64,000 bases of DNA from Desulfohalobiaceae bacterium (GCA_027013815.1 JALWFY010000111.1:46642-110641), one strand, 5' to 3'. Counted from the stretch's first letter, positions 38,112 to 48,641 are shown. The notes: a model not told the origin generated them from the sequence alone. Numbers and translations: made by a program.

Positions 38112-38508
38112 TTCTATTTACCCCTACTAAAAACTCTCCTACCAGCTAAATTTAATAATTTTTATGAAAACAGAAAAAAAACAAACAAGATTTTACCCTT
38201 TGCCCAGACATGAAGGCATACATCTTATATTATATAGTTTAGAAAGTTTTTTTTGGCAAGTATTTCTTGGTTTAATTTTCAATATAATTTATAAAAATAT
38301 TTTCCTTTACTATCCAATTTTAGTCAGCTAATTTAAAGAGAAATTGTATCTTATCAAAACCAGAACCCAAAAATATTACCAAATTCAGTAATTAATTCTT
38401 TTTTTCTATATAAGATTTATTAATTTAAGAACTAAATTTAACAAAAAGATCTTTTTATCCTTTGTAATCAAACTTTTCAATATTTTTTTAATCTGAGGAG
38501 CTTTTTTA

Positions 38509-40668
38509 ATGATAAGAATAACCGACATAGTGGAGAAGGCATCTCAATATTTGTCCCAATCTGAACTAGCCCTTATTGAAAAGGCCTATGTATATTCTGC
38601 TTCTGCCCACGCAGGGCAATTTAGGCTATCAGGGGAACCCTATCTTTCTCATCCCCTAGAGGTAAGTAATATATTAGTAGACTTACGCCTAGATGGAGCA
38701 ACTATTGCCAGTGGACTACTCCATGACACTGTAGAAGATACCAGCGTGAATATCTCTGACATTCAAGAACATTTTGGGAAGGAGGTAGCTGAGATTGTAG
38801 ATGGGGTCACAAAGATAGGACAGGTTACGTTTGAATCAAAGGAAACAGCACATGCTGAAAACATAAGAAAGATGATCCTTGCAATGGCCAAAGATTTAAG
38901 GGTAATTTTAGTAAAATTGGCTGATAGGCTCCACAACATGAGGACCCTTGAATTTCAAAATCCCATAAAAAGACGCCTTATTTCCCAAGAAACTCTAGAT
39001 ATTTATTCACCTATTTCTCACCGTCTTGGCCTTTATAAGATAAAAGTACAATTAGACGATCTTAGCCTAAAATACTTAAAACCTGATGTATATAACAGAA
39101 TTAGTAGGGGGATAAAACAACATAGATTATTAGGAGAGGACTATGTAAACAAGGTGATCTCAGAATTAGGAAAGATCTTAAAAGAAAATAATATCCTTGG
39201 TTCAATTAGTGGGCGCCAAAAACATATATATAGTATTTATCAAAAAATGAAAAGGCAAAAACTCTCTCTTGATCAGGTCTATGACCTTATAGCCTTTCGC
39301 GTCATCGTAAATTCTATAAAGGACTGTTACACGACCCTTGGAATTATCCATTCCAAATGGCCTCCTGTACCTGGTAGATTTAAGGACTATATCTCAATGC
39401 CTAAATCCAACATGTATCAAAGTTTACATACTACAGTGATTGGTCCTGAGGGAGAACACATAGAAATTCAAATACGTACAGAAAAAATGCACTACATTGC
39501 TGAATATGGAATCGCTGCTCATTGGAAATATAAAGATAAAAATATCATAAATCCAAAAGATGAAAAACGTTTTTCCTGGCTGAGACAAATTCTTGATTGG
39601 GAAAGGGAATTAAAAGATCCCAGGGAATTTATTCAATCACTAAAGATAGATCTATTTGAGGATGAGGTATATGTATTTACCCCTAGAAGGGACGTCCTTG
39701 CCTTGCCCCAGGGTGCAACTCCTGTTGATTTTGCTTATATGATACATTCAGAAGTTGGAGACAGGTGTGTTGGAGCTAAGGTTAACGGTAAATTAGTACC
39801 ATTGGAAACAAAACTAAAAAACGGAGACATTGTTGAAATTGTTACAAATCCAAACCATAAACCCAGTAGGGATTGGTTAAAATTTGTAAAAACAGCAAAG
39901 GCCAAGGCAAAGATTAGGCATTGGATAAAAACTGAAGAAAGATCCAGTTGCATAAGCCTTGCTAAAGAAATACTAGAAAAAGAGAGTAGAAAGCTTGGTC
40001 TAAACTTTCAAAAAGAATTAAAAAAGGGGGCCCTCGAAAAAGTTGCTGAAGAATTTTCATATAAAAATGTGGAGGACTTACTAGCTGCTGTGGGTTATGC
40101 AAAACTCACCCCAAAACAGGTATTAAATAAATTAATACCCCAACAAAATAGGACGGATGGTCTAAAGAACAAACAAGAAAGACAAAACTCCAATCACACC
40201 AAACAAGAGGTAGCTAGGAAAGAAGGGGTTGAGATCAAAGGGGCAAAAGATTTATTGGTTAGGTACGCCAAATGTTGTCAACCTGTAAAAGGAGATCCAA
40301 TAATAGGATATATTAGTAGGGGACGTGGGGTTGTTGTCCATACCACAGATTGTCCAAATGTAAAAAATTTAGAACCGCAGAGATTAGTAGAAGTTTCATG
40401 GACAGGAGAGGAGAATAAGACATATACTGCTACTATAAAAATTATTTCAAAAAATCAAAAAGGTGCCCTAGCTCAGATAGCTGGTGCCTTAAGCGATGAA
40501 GAGATAAATATATTGTCTGGACACTTCCATACAAGGGTTGATGACACTACTGAAATCTTTTTTACTATAGAAATAGATAGCTCAGAACACCTATATGCCA
40601 CGTTGGAAAAACTCAGCAAATTAAATCCTGTCATTGAAGCAATAAGGTCTATTAGTGAAAACAGCTAG
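38509..40668 (+). CDS. relA: bifunctional (p)ppGpp synthetase/hydrolase (Rel/SpoT homologue)
   Basis: 719 aa. HD hydrolase motif (HPLEV...LLHDTVEDT). Synthetase motifs (YRSLHT-like YQSLHTTV, EIQIRT). TGS and ACT C-terminal domains. Confidence 0.94.
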   Translation: MIRITDIVEKASQYLSQSELALIEKAYVYSASAHAGQFRLSGEPYLSHPLEVSNILVDLRLDGATIASGLLHDTVEDTSVNISDIQEHFGKEVAEIVDGVTKIGQVTFESKETAHAENIRKMILAMAKDLRVILVKLADRLHNMRTLEFQNPIKRRLISQETLDIYSPISHRLGLYKIKVQLDDLSLKYLKPDVYNRISRGIKQHRLLGEDYVNKVISELGKILKENNILGSISGRQKHIYSIYQKMKRQKLSLDQVYDLIAFRVIVNSIKDCYTTLGIIHSKWPPVPGRFKDYISMPKSNMYQSLHTTVIGPEGEHIEIQIRTEKMHYIAEYGIAAHWKYKDKNIINPKDEKRFSWLRQILDWERELKDPREFIQSLKIDLFEDEVYVFTPRRDVLALPQGATPVDFAYMIHSEVGDRCVGAKVNGKLVPLETKLKNGDIVEIVTNPNHKPSRDWLKFVKTAKAKAKIRHWIKTEERSSCISLAKEILEKESRKLGLNFQKELKKGALEKVAEEFSYKNVEDLLAAVGYAKLTPKQVLNKLIPQQNRTDGLKNKQERQNSNHTKQEVARKEGVEIKGAKDLLVRYAKCCQPVKGDPIIGYISRGRGVVVHTTDCPNVKNLEPQRLVEVSWTGEENKTYTATIKIISKNQKGALAQIAGALSDEEINILSGHFHTRVDDTTEIFFTIEIDSSEHLYATLEKLSKLNPVIEAIRSISENS

Positions 40669-40727
40669 ATCTATGATAAATAAAAACTATATAGCTAACA
40701 TCAAGTCTGAAAGCTATGTGGTGAGTC

Positions 40728-41765
40728 CTAAACAATTGTCAAAAAATATTTACCATTAAAATCCCTTGCCATTCCTATTTCATAGGCTATCTCATCTCTA
40801 TCCTCAAGATATGACTTTATCTCATCCTTTAGTTCAGGAGACACAGACAATATAAGTCCCCCCGATGTCTGGGCATCAAATATGATATCAACTAAAATTG
40901 GGTCTATATTATTTCCAACCTTTAAAAATCTCTTACAAAATGTTTTATTGAGATGGGATCCAACAGGTACAAGACCCATGGATGCCAACTCTTTTGCTCC
41001 TTTTAATATGGGTATCTTAGAGGACCAGAGCTCAATTTCCACTCCAGAGGCCCTTGCCATCTCTAATAAATGCCCCCCTAATCCAAAGCCAGTTACATCT
41101 GTAGCCCCCTTTATACCAAACCTCTGTATGGCCTCTGCCCCTACATTATTTAACCGGGAAGTCCACTTATATATCTCGTGTTCCATTTTTTCATATTCTT
41201 CCCATTTTGCCTTAAGAGCAGTTGCCAATATCCCTATCCCAATTGGCTTTGTTAATAATAATATATCCCCTTGTTTAACCCCGCCATTAGTAGCTATATG
41301 CTCTCGTTTAACAATACCAGTAACAGATAATCCATATTTTATTTCAGGGTCTTCTACACTATGTCCCCCAGCAAGTATAGCTCCTGATTCCTTTATCTTT
41401 GCAAATCCACCTCTAAGTATTTGCCTGAGTATATTAATATCCATATCCTTTACAGGAAAACACACAATATTCATCACACTATAGGGTTTCCCCCCCATTG
41501 CATAGACATCAGATAAGGCATTTGAGACTGCTATTTCCCCAAATTTATACGGATCATTCACTATTGGAGTAAAAAAATCAATGCTTTGAATCAAGTCAAA
41601 TCCCTCTGGACTCTCTAGAACCACACCATCTTCATTGTGTTCCATAGATATAATTAACCTCTCATCCTCTTGAGGGGTAAATTCCATCATAATTTCTTCC
41701 AGGGACCCTGGAGCAATCTTTGCTGCTCAGCCAGACGCAGAAACCTTATTTAAAAGTTCAATCAT
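40728..41765 (-). CDS. selD: selenide, water dikinase (selenophosphate synthetase), selenocysteine-containing form; in-frame UGA at codon 13 (41727-41729)
   Basis: The ORF track starts at 41690 (MMEFTP...). Upstream the same frame reads ATG ATT GAA CTT TTA AAT AAG GTT TCT GCG TCT GGC TGA GCA GCA AAG ATT GCT CCA GGG, i.e. MIELLNKVSASG-U-AAKIAPGSLEEI. This aligns with the E. coli active-site loop GCGCKISPKVLETI. The rest is the AIR-synthase-like PurM fold. Confidence 0.9.
41698..41712 (-). promoter_or_regulatory. candidate SECIS hairpin of selD
   Basis: RNA UCCAGG-GUC-CCUGGA (6 bp). The apical loop GUC falls at +24 to +26 from the U of UGA, followed by UGGAAGAA at +29 to +36. Confidence 0.45.
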
Positions 41766-42685
41766 GGATTTCCTCCAGTTTTTAATAAAATAGAACCAGT
41801 TACACAAATTTTTTTAATAAAATCCTTAAAAAAAACTGCAGCTGGAAGCAATGTCCTACATTTCCTCCATACTAAGACAAAATCTCTATTAAATCTAAAA
41901 AAAGGAAGTCTCTTTATTTCAATTTCTCTACTGCTCAATGACAATTCTTGAGCAGCAAAGATAGATGTGAGAGTTATACCAATTCCCTGGTTTACTAAGT
42001 TTAAAAGTCCCTGGGAATTGGATACACACACCTTTATATTTAAGCCCTCTATAGATAATCCAGCATCTATTAGACCTTGTTCCATGGCAGTTCTTGTTCC
42101 TGATCCCTTTTCCCTGATTATCCAAGGCAGTCTAAGGAGATCGTCTATCCCATTTATACATTGAAAAAACTTCTTTTTACCCACAAATACTAGCTCATCC
42201 TCTAATAGCTTGATATATTCAAGATCAATATCCTTTGGAACAACACCAACAATACCTAAGTCTATATCCCCTTTAGAGACCTTTGATAAAATCTCTGTAG
42301 AATCAGAAATCTCTAAATAAACACTTACTTTGGGATACTTTTTTGTATATTCTGAAATTATTGGAGGTAATATATAATGACCTGGGATAGTGCTACCACC
42401 TAATCTCAAATTACCAACAATATGATTTTTTAAAAAATGGACCTCTGAAACTGCAAGATCGATCAATCCTATCACTTGTCTTGCATATTTATATAATACC
42501 TCCCCTGCTGGGGTCGGAACTATATTCTTTCCCATCCTATCAAAAAGAGAACCCCCAAGCTCCTTTTCCAATGCCAAAATATGACTAGATACTGTGGGCT
42601 GAGAAACAAAAAGCTCCTTTGAAGCCCTAGAAAAACTCTTTAACTCATAAACTTTGCAGAATGTCTTTAATCTGGTTATATCCAT
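41762..42685 (-). CDS. LysR-family transcriptional regulator, translationally coupled to selD
   Basis: 307 aa. N-terminal wHTH (FCKVYELKSFSRASKELFVSQPTVSSHILALEKELG). C-terminal LysR substrate-binding domain. Its TGA stop overlaps the selD ATG (ATGA at 41762-41765). Confidence 0.88.
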   Translation of the reverse strand: MDITRLKTFCKVYELKSFSRASKELFVSQPTVSSHILALEKELGGSLFDRMGKNIVPTPAGEVLYKYARQVIGLIDLAVSEVHFLKNHIVGNLRLGGSTIPGHYILPPIISEYTKKYPKVSVYLEISDSTEILSKVSKGDIDLGIVGVVPKDIDLEYIKLLEDELVFVGKKKFFQCINGIDDLLRLPWIIREKGSGTRTAMEQGLIDAGLSIEGLNIKVCVSNSQGLLNLVNQGIGITLTSIFAAQELSLSSREIEIKRLPFFRFNRDFVLVWRKCRTLLPAAVFFKDFIKKICVTGSILLKTGGNP

Positions 42686-42724
42686 TTTATTGATAGATAC
42701 TATTTAAAAAAATAATACTACTAA

Positions 42725-42752
42725 ACCCAAAAAACAGGGCTTCCGCCCTGTT
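42725..42752 (-). terminator. intrinsic terminator of the alpha (rpoA-rplQ) operon
   Basis: The minus strand reads AACAGGGC-GGAA-GCCCUGUU followed by UUUUGGGUUU, 26 nt after the rplQ stop. Confidence 0.78.
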
Positions 42753-42777
42753 AAAAAATATCATCACTAGGTCTTTT

Positions 42778-43179
42778 TTATGAATCTATTTGTTTTTCAG
42801 ACTGTTTTTCGAGACTGTCTCCTCTAGCCACAAATTCTACCACAGCCATATCAGCACAATCTCCCTTTCTCCAACCAGCCATTTTAACTATCCTAGTAAA
42901 TCCCCCAGCTCTTTCCTTAAACCGAGGACCTATTTCATCAAACAATTTTTTAACCAGGCCCCTATCTTCTAGGATCCTATAAGCCTTTCTCCTTGCATGT
43001 AATGTATTCTCCAATGCATACTTCACCAATCTATCGCTCAGTTTACGCAATTCTTTTGCCTTTGGCACTGTTGTTGTTATCCTCTCATGCTCTACGAGCG
43101 ATCTCGCCATATTTTTAAACATGGCCTTCCTATGTTCCCATGTCCTATTTAATTTTCTTCCACTCTTCCTATGCCTCAT
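42778..43179 (-). CDS. rplQ: 50S ribosomal protein L17
   Basis: [24 protein letters not shown]... is the canonical L17 N-terminus. Follows rpoA. Confidence 0.96.
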   Translation of the reverse strand: MRHRKSGRKLNRTWEHRKAMFKNMARSLVEHERITTTVPKAKELRKLSDRLVKYALENTLHARRKAYRILEDRGLVKKLFDEIGPRFKERAGGFTRIVKMAGWRKGDCADMAVVEFVARGDSLEKQSEKQIDS

Positions 43180-44209
43180 GTTCCTCTTTCCTCTTTTTTT
43201 CCCATTTTTCTAATTGTTCTTCAAAGTTATCAATTCTCATACCCAATTCCAAACCCATATCATTTAATACCTTTAAAATATCGTCCAATGATTTTTTACC
43301 AAAATTCTTGGCCCTGAGTAGTTCAGCCTCTGTCTTTTGTACGAGCTCACCAACATAGTGAATATTTGCTTTTTTCAAACAGTTACTGGCCCTAACAGGA
43401 AGCTCTAATTCCTCTATGGTCTTAAATAGATTTGGATTTAATTCTTCTTCTTTTTTCTCTTTTATCTCTTCATTTGTCTTGGTTTCATCAAAATTAATAA
43501 AGATATCTAATTGATCCTTCAAAATCTTGGCAGAATAAGCCAAACTGTCCTCAGGGGATACAGAACCATCAGTCCATATTTCAATAATCAATTTGTCATA
43601 ATTTGTCATCTGACCTACACGAGCTTGCTCAACATTATATGCCACCTTTCTAATAGGTGAAAAATTTGCATCCAGCACAATAGTTCCTATATCTGTAGGA
43701 GGCTCCTGATTTTCCGCAGGTACATATCCCTTTCCCATCTGAACCTCTAATTCCATCTTTAATTCCCTGTCTTCTGTTAAAGTAGCTATGTGCTGATCAG
43801 GATTTAAGACCCTCACATGCATACTTTCTTTTATATCTCCGGCCTTAATCTCACCTTTTGTATTTTTGGTTAATTCTAACACCTGAGGCTCTTCTGTATC
43901 CATTGCAAATCTGACCTTCTTTAAGTTCAACACTATCTCAGTAACATCTTCAAGTACACCAGGGATTGATGTGAACTCGTGGTGAACCCCTTCAATCCTC
44001 ACACGAACTATAACAGCCCCTTGTAAGGACGAGAGCAACACCCTCCTCAGCGCATTGCCCAAAGTAGTCCCATATCCCCTCTCTAAGGGTTCAATTGTAA
44101 ATTTACCATATTTTTCATTGGAATTTGAATCCCTTTCAATCTTTTTGGGACGTACTAATTCTTGCCAATTTCTCGTATTTATTATCCTACCCTGCTCCTT
44201 TATTATCAT
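43169..44209 (-). CDS. rpoA: DNA-directed RNA polymerase alpha subunit
   Basis: 346 aa. [20 protein letters not shown] motif. C-terminal domain [23 protein letters not shown]. Confidence 0.97.
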   Translation of the reverse strand: MIIKEQGRIINTRNWQELVRPKKIERDSNSNEKYGKFTIEPLERGYGTTLGNALRRVLLSSLQGAVIVRVRIEGVHHEFTSIPGVLEDVTEIVLNLKKVRFAMDTEEPQVLELTKNTKGEIKAGDIKESMHVRVLNPDQHIATLTEDRELKMELEVQMGKGYVPAENQEPPTDIGTIVLDANFSPIRKVAYNVEQARVGQMTNYDKLIIEIWTDGSVSPEDSLAYSAKILKDQLDIFINFDETKTNEEIKEKKEEELNPNLFKTIEELELPVRASNCLKKANIHYVGELVQKTEAELLRAKNFGKKSLDDILKVLNDMGLELGMRIDNFEEQLEKWEKKRKEEHEA

Positions 44210-44253
44210 GTGCCCTTACCTAATTTTAATTTCATTCTTATTTTTTGTAATGA

Positions 44254-44880
44254 TTATTTAGAATATAACTCAACTATTAAGTTCTCATTAATTGGGAATG
44301 TAATATCTTCTCTCTCTGGCAGCGCCTTGACTACTCCCTTGTATTCTTGAGCATTGAGCTCCAACCACCCCGGAACTGCACGCCTAGCAATAGCTTCCTG
44401 TGACTCCTGTATGATCGCGAGATTCCTGCTCTTTTCCTTGACTACGATCTCGTCTCCAACCCTTACCTGAAATGAAGGAATGTCTACCTTTCTACCATTA
44501 ACCAAAAAATGTCCATGTTTAACCAATTGTCTTGCTTGATTCCTAGATTGGGCAAAACCCAACCTATAAACCACATTATCGAGCCTAAGTTCTAATATCC
44601 TTAATAAATTTGTCCCTGTAACACCTTTTTTTGCCTCTGCAATTTGAAAATATCTTCTAAATTGAGCCTCTAAAACACCATAGAGTCTCTTTACTTTTTG
44701 TTTCTCCCTAAGTTGTATTTCATAATCACTGGATTTTTTTCTTCTCCTACCATGCTGACCTGGGGCATAGGGCCTTCGCTCATAGGCACACTTATCTGTA
44801 TAGCACCTGTCTCCTCTAAGAAAAAGCTTTGTACCCTCTCTTCTACACAGCCTACACTTTGAACCAGTATATCTAGCCAA
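44254..44880 (-). CDS. rpsD: 30S ribosomal protein S4
   Basis: [16 protein letters not shown]... Conserved position in the alpha operon. Confidence 0.97.
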   Translation of the reverse strand: MARYTGSKCRLCRREGTKLFLRGDRCYTDKCAYERRPYAPGQHGRRRKKSSDYEIQLREKQKVKRLYGVLEAQFRRYFQIAEAKKGVTGTNLLRILELRLDNVVYRLGFAQSRNQARQLVKHGHFLVNGRKVDIPSFQVRVGDEIVVKEKSRNLAIIQESQEAIARRAVPGWLELNAQEYKGVVKALPEREDITFPINENLIVELYSK

Positions 44881-44905
44881 AACAATTTCCTCCTAATTTT
44901 TGTTT

Positions 44906-45301
44906 TTATACCCTTCTTCTCTTTGGTGGCCTACAACCATTATGAGGTATAGGAGTAACATCCCTTATAAAGGTAATCTTAAATCCCTCATTATGTATTG
45001 CCCTCATAGCAGATTCTCTTCCAGCTCCTGGGCCTTTCACGTATATACCAACAGAGCGCATTCCATTATCATATGCCTTTTTTGCCGCCTCTTGTGCAGC
45101 AATCTGTGCAGCATATGGGGTCCCTTTTTTTGAACCTTTAAACCCACAGGACCCAGCACTTGACCAACTGACCACATTACCCTTTGGATCTGTAAATGTT
45201 ATTATAGTATTATTAAATGTGGATTTAATATGTGCTAGACCAGTTGGTATGTTTTTCTTTTCTTTTTTCTTTCCGCCTCTTCTTGTTTTAGCTTTTGCCA
45301 T
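44906..45301 (-). CDS. rpsK: 30S ribosomal protein S11
   Basis: [20 protein letters not shown]...WSSAG..GFKGS.K.TPYAAQ signature. Confidence 0.97.
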   Translation of the reverse strand: MAKAKTRRGGKKKEKKNIPTGLAHIKSTFNNTIITFTDPKGNVVSWSSAGSCGFKGSKKGTPYAAQIAAQEAAKKAYDNGMRSVGIYVKGPGAGRESAMRAIHNEGFKITFIRDVTPIPHNGCRPPKRRRV

Positions 45302-45318
45302 TTTCCCTCACTCCAAAT

Positions 45319-45690
45319 TTATTTCTTTCTTTTTCCTATTATAGATCTCCTAGGACCCTTCCTAGTCCTGGCATTTGTATGTGTTCTCTGTCCTCTTACA
45401 GGCAGATGCCTTTTATGACGTATTCCTCTATAACAATTAATGTCCATAAGCCTTTTAATATTTTGGGTAATTTCCCTTCTCAAATCACCTTCAACCTTAT
45501 AATTGTGCTCAATCTCTTTTCTAATGGCATTAACTTCTTCTGGCGTGAGATCATCTGTCTTTTTGGTCCAATCTACTCCAACGGTCTCTAAAATCTTTAC
45601 AGCACTGGTCCTACCTATTCCAAATATGTATGTCAGTGCTATGTCCATCCTCTTGTTTTTTGGTAGATCTATGCTGGCAATCCTAACCAC
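45319..45690 (-). CDS. rpsM: 30S ribosomal protein S13
   Basis: [26 protein letters not shown]... is canonical S13. Confidence 0.97.
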   Translation of the reverse strand: MVRIASIDLPKNKRMDIALTYIFGIGRTSAVKILETVGVDWTKKTDDLTPEEVNAIRKEIEHNYKVEGDLRREITQNIKRLMDINCYRGIRHKRHLPVRGQRTHTNARTRKGPRRSIIGKRKK

Positions 45691-45704
45691 TTTATTCCTC
45701 CAAT

Positions 45705-45818
45705 TTATCCTTGTCTTTGCTTATGTTTTGGATTTTCACATATCACCCGTACTATGCCCTTTCTCCTAATTATCTTACATTTTGAGCACATTTTTTTTAC
45801 TGAGGGTCTCACTTTCAT
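45705..45818 (-). CDS. rpmJ: 50S ribosomal protein L36 (zinc-ribbon form)
   Basis: Not in the ORF track (37 aa). Hand translation [37 protein letters not shown]. Lies between secY and rpsM. Confidence 0.92.
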   Translation of the reverse strand: MKVRPSVKKMCSKCKIIRRKGIVRVICENPKHKQRQG

Positions 45819-45840
45819 TTTCCCTACTCCTTAAAAATAA

Positions 45841-47151
45841 TTATATTCTACCCTTGATCCTGGCCTTTCTCATTAAACCTTCATACTGTTGAGAAATCAA
45901 ATGTGATTGTATCTGACTCATTGTATCAATAGCCACACCAACTACAATTAATAATGCAGTTCCTCCAAAATAAAAGGGCACGTGTAATTTATTAATTAGT
46001 ATCATTGGCAAAACACAGACAGCAGACACATATAATGCACCCCAAAAAGTCAACCTAGAAAGAACTTTGTCAATATATTCCTTGGTATTTTTCCCTGGTC
46101 TGATACCAGGTATAAATGCACCCTGTTTTTTTAAATTCTCTGCAATGTCTTTTGGATCAAATATAATCGCAGTGTAAAAATAACAAAAGAATATTATCAA
46201 CGCCACGTATAAGACTGTATATATAATTGAACCTGGCCTAAAAAAAACTGACAATTGGTGTAAAAACTGAATCTGTGAAAAATTTGCAATAGTAGCCGGA
46301 AACATCAATATAGATGAAGCAAATATAGGAGGTATAACTCCAGCAGTATTTATCCTAAGAGGCAGATGTGAGGACTGTCCCCCATACATACGCCTTCCTA
46401 CCATTCGCTTGGCATAATTTATTGGTATACGACGCTGTGCTGTTTCTATAAAACATATAAATGCCAGCACCCCAGCCATAAGAGCAAGTACTACCAATAG
46501 TAAAAAGAGTGTGATCTCCCCTGTCTTTATTAGATTTATCGTGTTTATTATTGCCCCAGGTATCCTCGCTACAATCCCAGCAAATATTATCAAAGAAATC
46601 CCATTACCTATTCCACGGGATGTGATTTGTTCACCTAACCACATGAGGAATACACTACCAGTTGTCAATGTTATCATTGTAACAAGCACAAACATAAGAC
46701 CTGGATGAGGTACAACAGGCACTCCTGTTGGACTGGTCATTTTTTGAAGTCCATATGCTATACCTGCTCCTTGTATCAAAGTAATCAAAACTGTACCATA
46801 CCTTGTATATTGAGTTATTTTCCTCCGACCAGCCTCACCTTCCTCTTTCTGCAATTTCTCAAGTTCTGGACTCACAACCACTAATAATTCCATTATAATG
46901 GCAGCAGATATATATGGCATAATTCCAAGGGCAAACACAGAGAACTTTCTCAGTCCACCACCTGAGAACATGTCAAATAATCCAAACAAGGTATTCTGAG
47001 CATTTGCAAAAAAATCTGCTATTGCCCCTGTATTTATTCCAGGTACAGGAATGTGTATTCCCAATCTATATACTATCAACAGTCCCAGAGTAATCAAGAT
47101 CCTTTTGGTGAGTTCTTTGGAAAAAGTGACATTCTCTAATTGTGGTATCAC
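45841..47151 (-). CDS. secY: preprotein translocase subunit SecY
   Basis: 436 aa with 10 TM segments. GIMPYISA and ...NYAKR... motifs. Follows rplO. Confidence 0.97.
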   Translation of the reverse strand: MIPQLENVTFSKELTKRILITLGLLIVYRLGIHIPVPGINTGAIADFFANAQNTLFGLFDMFSGGGLRKFSVFALGIMPYISAAIIMELLVVVSPELEKLQKEEGEAGRRKITQYTRYGTVLITLIQGAGIAYGLQKMTSPTGVPVVPHPGLMFVLVTMITLTTGSVFLMWLGEQITSRGIGNGISLIIFAGIVARIPGAIINTINLIKTGEITLFLLLVVLALMAGVLAFICFIETAQRRIPINYAKRMVGRRMYGGQSSHLPLRINTAGVIPPIFASSILMFPATIANFSQIQFLHQLSVFFRPGSIIYTVLYVALIIFFCYFYTAIIFDPKDIAENLKKQGAFIPGIRPGKNTKEYIDKVLSRLTFWGALYVSAVCVLPMILINKLHVPFYFGGTALLIVVGVAIDTMSQIQSHLISQQYEGLMRKARIKGRI

Positions 47152-47595
47152 TTACTTTCCCTCCAACACCATTGCCTCACCGCCAGCTTTCTTTATTTTT
47201 TCCATGGCACTCTTACTAAACTTGTGTGCCCATATCTTAACTGGCCTATCAATTTCACCAACACCTAATACCTTTATAGGCTTACTTTTCTTGCAAATAC
47301 TATACATATCTTCCAGGGTTATTTCCTGTTTATCACCAAATTTTTTGGCCAAAAAACCCAAACTAATTTCATTATAATCAACTCTAAATGGATTTTTAAA
47401 CCCCCTTTTTGGCAATCTTCTAACTAGAGGCATCTGACCACCTTCAAATGCTGGAGCAGGTCCTTTACCTGACCTAGATCTTTGACCTTTGTTTCCCTTT
47501 CCAGATGTACATCCCAATCCACTTGCAGGGCCCCTGCCTCTACGCTTTCTATTTTTTAGCTCTCCCTTAAAAGGCTTTAACTCATGTAGTCTCAT
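47152..47595 (-). CDS. rplO: 50S ribosomal protein L15
   Basis: MRLHELKP...RKRRGRGPASGLG.TSG.G.KGQ signature. Confidence 0.95.
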   Translation of the reverse strand: MRLHELKPFKGELKNRKRRGRGPASGLGCTSGKGNKGQRSRSGKGPAPAFEGGQMPLVRRLPKRGFKNPFRVDYNEISLGFLAKKFGDKQEITLEDMYSICKKSKPIKVLGVGEIDRPVKIWAHKFSKSAMEKIKKAGGEAMVLEGK

Positions 47596-47762
47596 TTTTC
47601 TATCACCTCTACCAAATGTTTTACCTTATTAATCTTACCCCATATTGTTGGATGATCTGGCAATTCTCTTACTTGATTTATCTTTTTTAGCCCAAGGGCC
47701 TTTAAGTTCTTCTTTTGATTAGGCGTAGCACCTATTTTACTTCTGATCATCTTCACCTTCAT
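47592..47762 (-). CDS. rpmD: 50S ribosomal protein L30
   Basis: MKVKMIRSKIGATPNQKKNLKALGLKKINQ... The start is taken at ATG 47762; the ORF track extends to 47786. Confidence 0.92.
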   Translation of the reverse strand: MKVKMIRSKIGATPNQKKNLKALGLKKINQVRELPDHPTIWGKINKVKHLVEVIEK

Positions 47763-47775
47763 ATCAAACCTCCAT

Positions 47776-48267
47776 CTAAACCCCAATTTTTAACTCCCTA
47801 CCCCTTATCTCTCCCACTTCTTCTGGAAATCTCAACATGGAAATGCCCATCATGGTAGCCTTTATAACATTTACTGGATTTCGTGAGCCTATGGCCTTAC
47901 TCAATATATCTGTGACTCCAGCCGCTTCCATTATGGCACGTACAGGACCACCTGCGATGATACCAGTCCCCTTAACTGCGGGTTTCAAAAGGACCTTTGC
48001 CGCCCCAAAATTTCCCAAAACTTCATATGGTATTGTCCCCTCAATAATTGGAACTGTAATCATGTTCTTTTTTGCCCTCTCTGTTGCCTTTACAATTGCA
48101 TCAGGTACTTGATTTGATTTACCATATCCATAGCCCACCTTTCCTTTTCCATCTCCAACAACAACAAGAGCAGTGAACTTAAAATTTTTACCACCCTTAA
48201 CTACCTTTGATACCCTATTTAAATGTACTATCTTTTCTATAAGACCAAGTTCATTTACAGTACTCAT
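47776..48267 (-). CDS. rpsE: 30S ribosomal protein S5
   Basis: [38 protein letters not shown] signature. Confidence 0.97.
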   Translation of the reverse strand: MSTVNELGLIEKIVHLNRVSKVVKGGKNFKFTALVVVGDGKGKVGYGYGKSNQVPDAIVKATERAKKNMITVPIIEGTIPYEVLGNFGAAKVLLKPAVKGTGIIAGGPVRAIMEAAGVTDILSKAIGSRNPVNVIKATMMGISMLRFPEEVGEIRGRELKIGV

Positions 48268-48280
48268 ACAACACCCCAGT

Positions 48281-48631
48281 TTAAAATTTTAGTCCACCTT
48301 CCCTAGCCCCATCAGCTAAGGCCCTGACCCTTCCATGATAGATATATCCATTTCTATCAAACACAACCTTTTCTATACCTTTTTCCTTAGCAAACTCAGC
48401 GATTTTCTTACCTACTGTCTCTGCTGTTTTTTTTGTTAATGTAAGTTCCCTGCCCATATTAATGGACGAAAAAGCAGCAATAGTTTTCCCATTTATATCG
48501 TCTATTATTTGTGCATATATGTGTTTATTGGACCTAAAAACTACTAATCGGGGTTTTTCCATTGTCCCAAACACCTTTTTTCTTATTCTAATCTTCCTTT
48601 TCTTCCTTGCTTGATTCCTGCTTAATTTCAT
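48281..48631 (-). CDS. rplR: 50S ribosomal protein L18
   Basis: [29 protein letters not shown]...[18 protein letters not shown]. Confidence 0.97.
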   Translation of the reverse strand: MKLSRNQARKKRKIRIRKKVFGTMEKPRLVVFRSNKHIYAQIIDDINGKTIAAFSSINMGRELTLTKKTAETVGKKIAEFAKEKGIEKVVFDRNGYIYHGRVRALADGAREGGLKF

Positions 48632-48641
48632 TTTCTCACCC

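Noticed and set aside
40882-41484. 200-aa plus-strand ORF inside selD
   Set aside because: It is antisense to selD and shows no conserved features.
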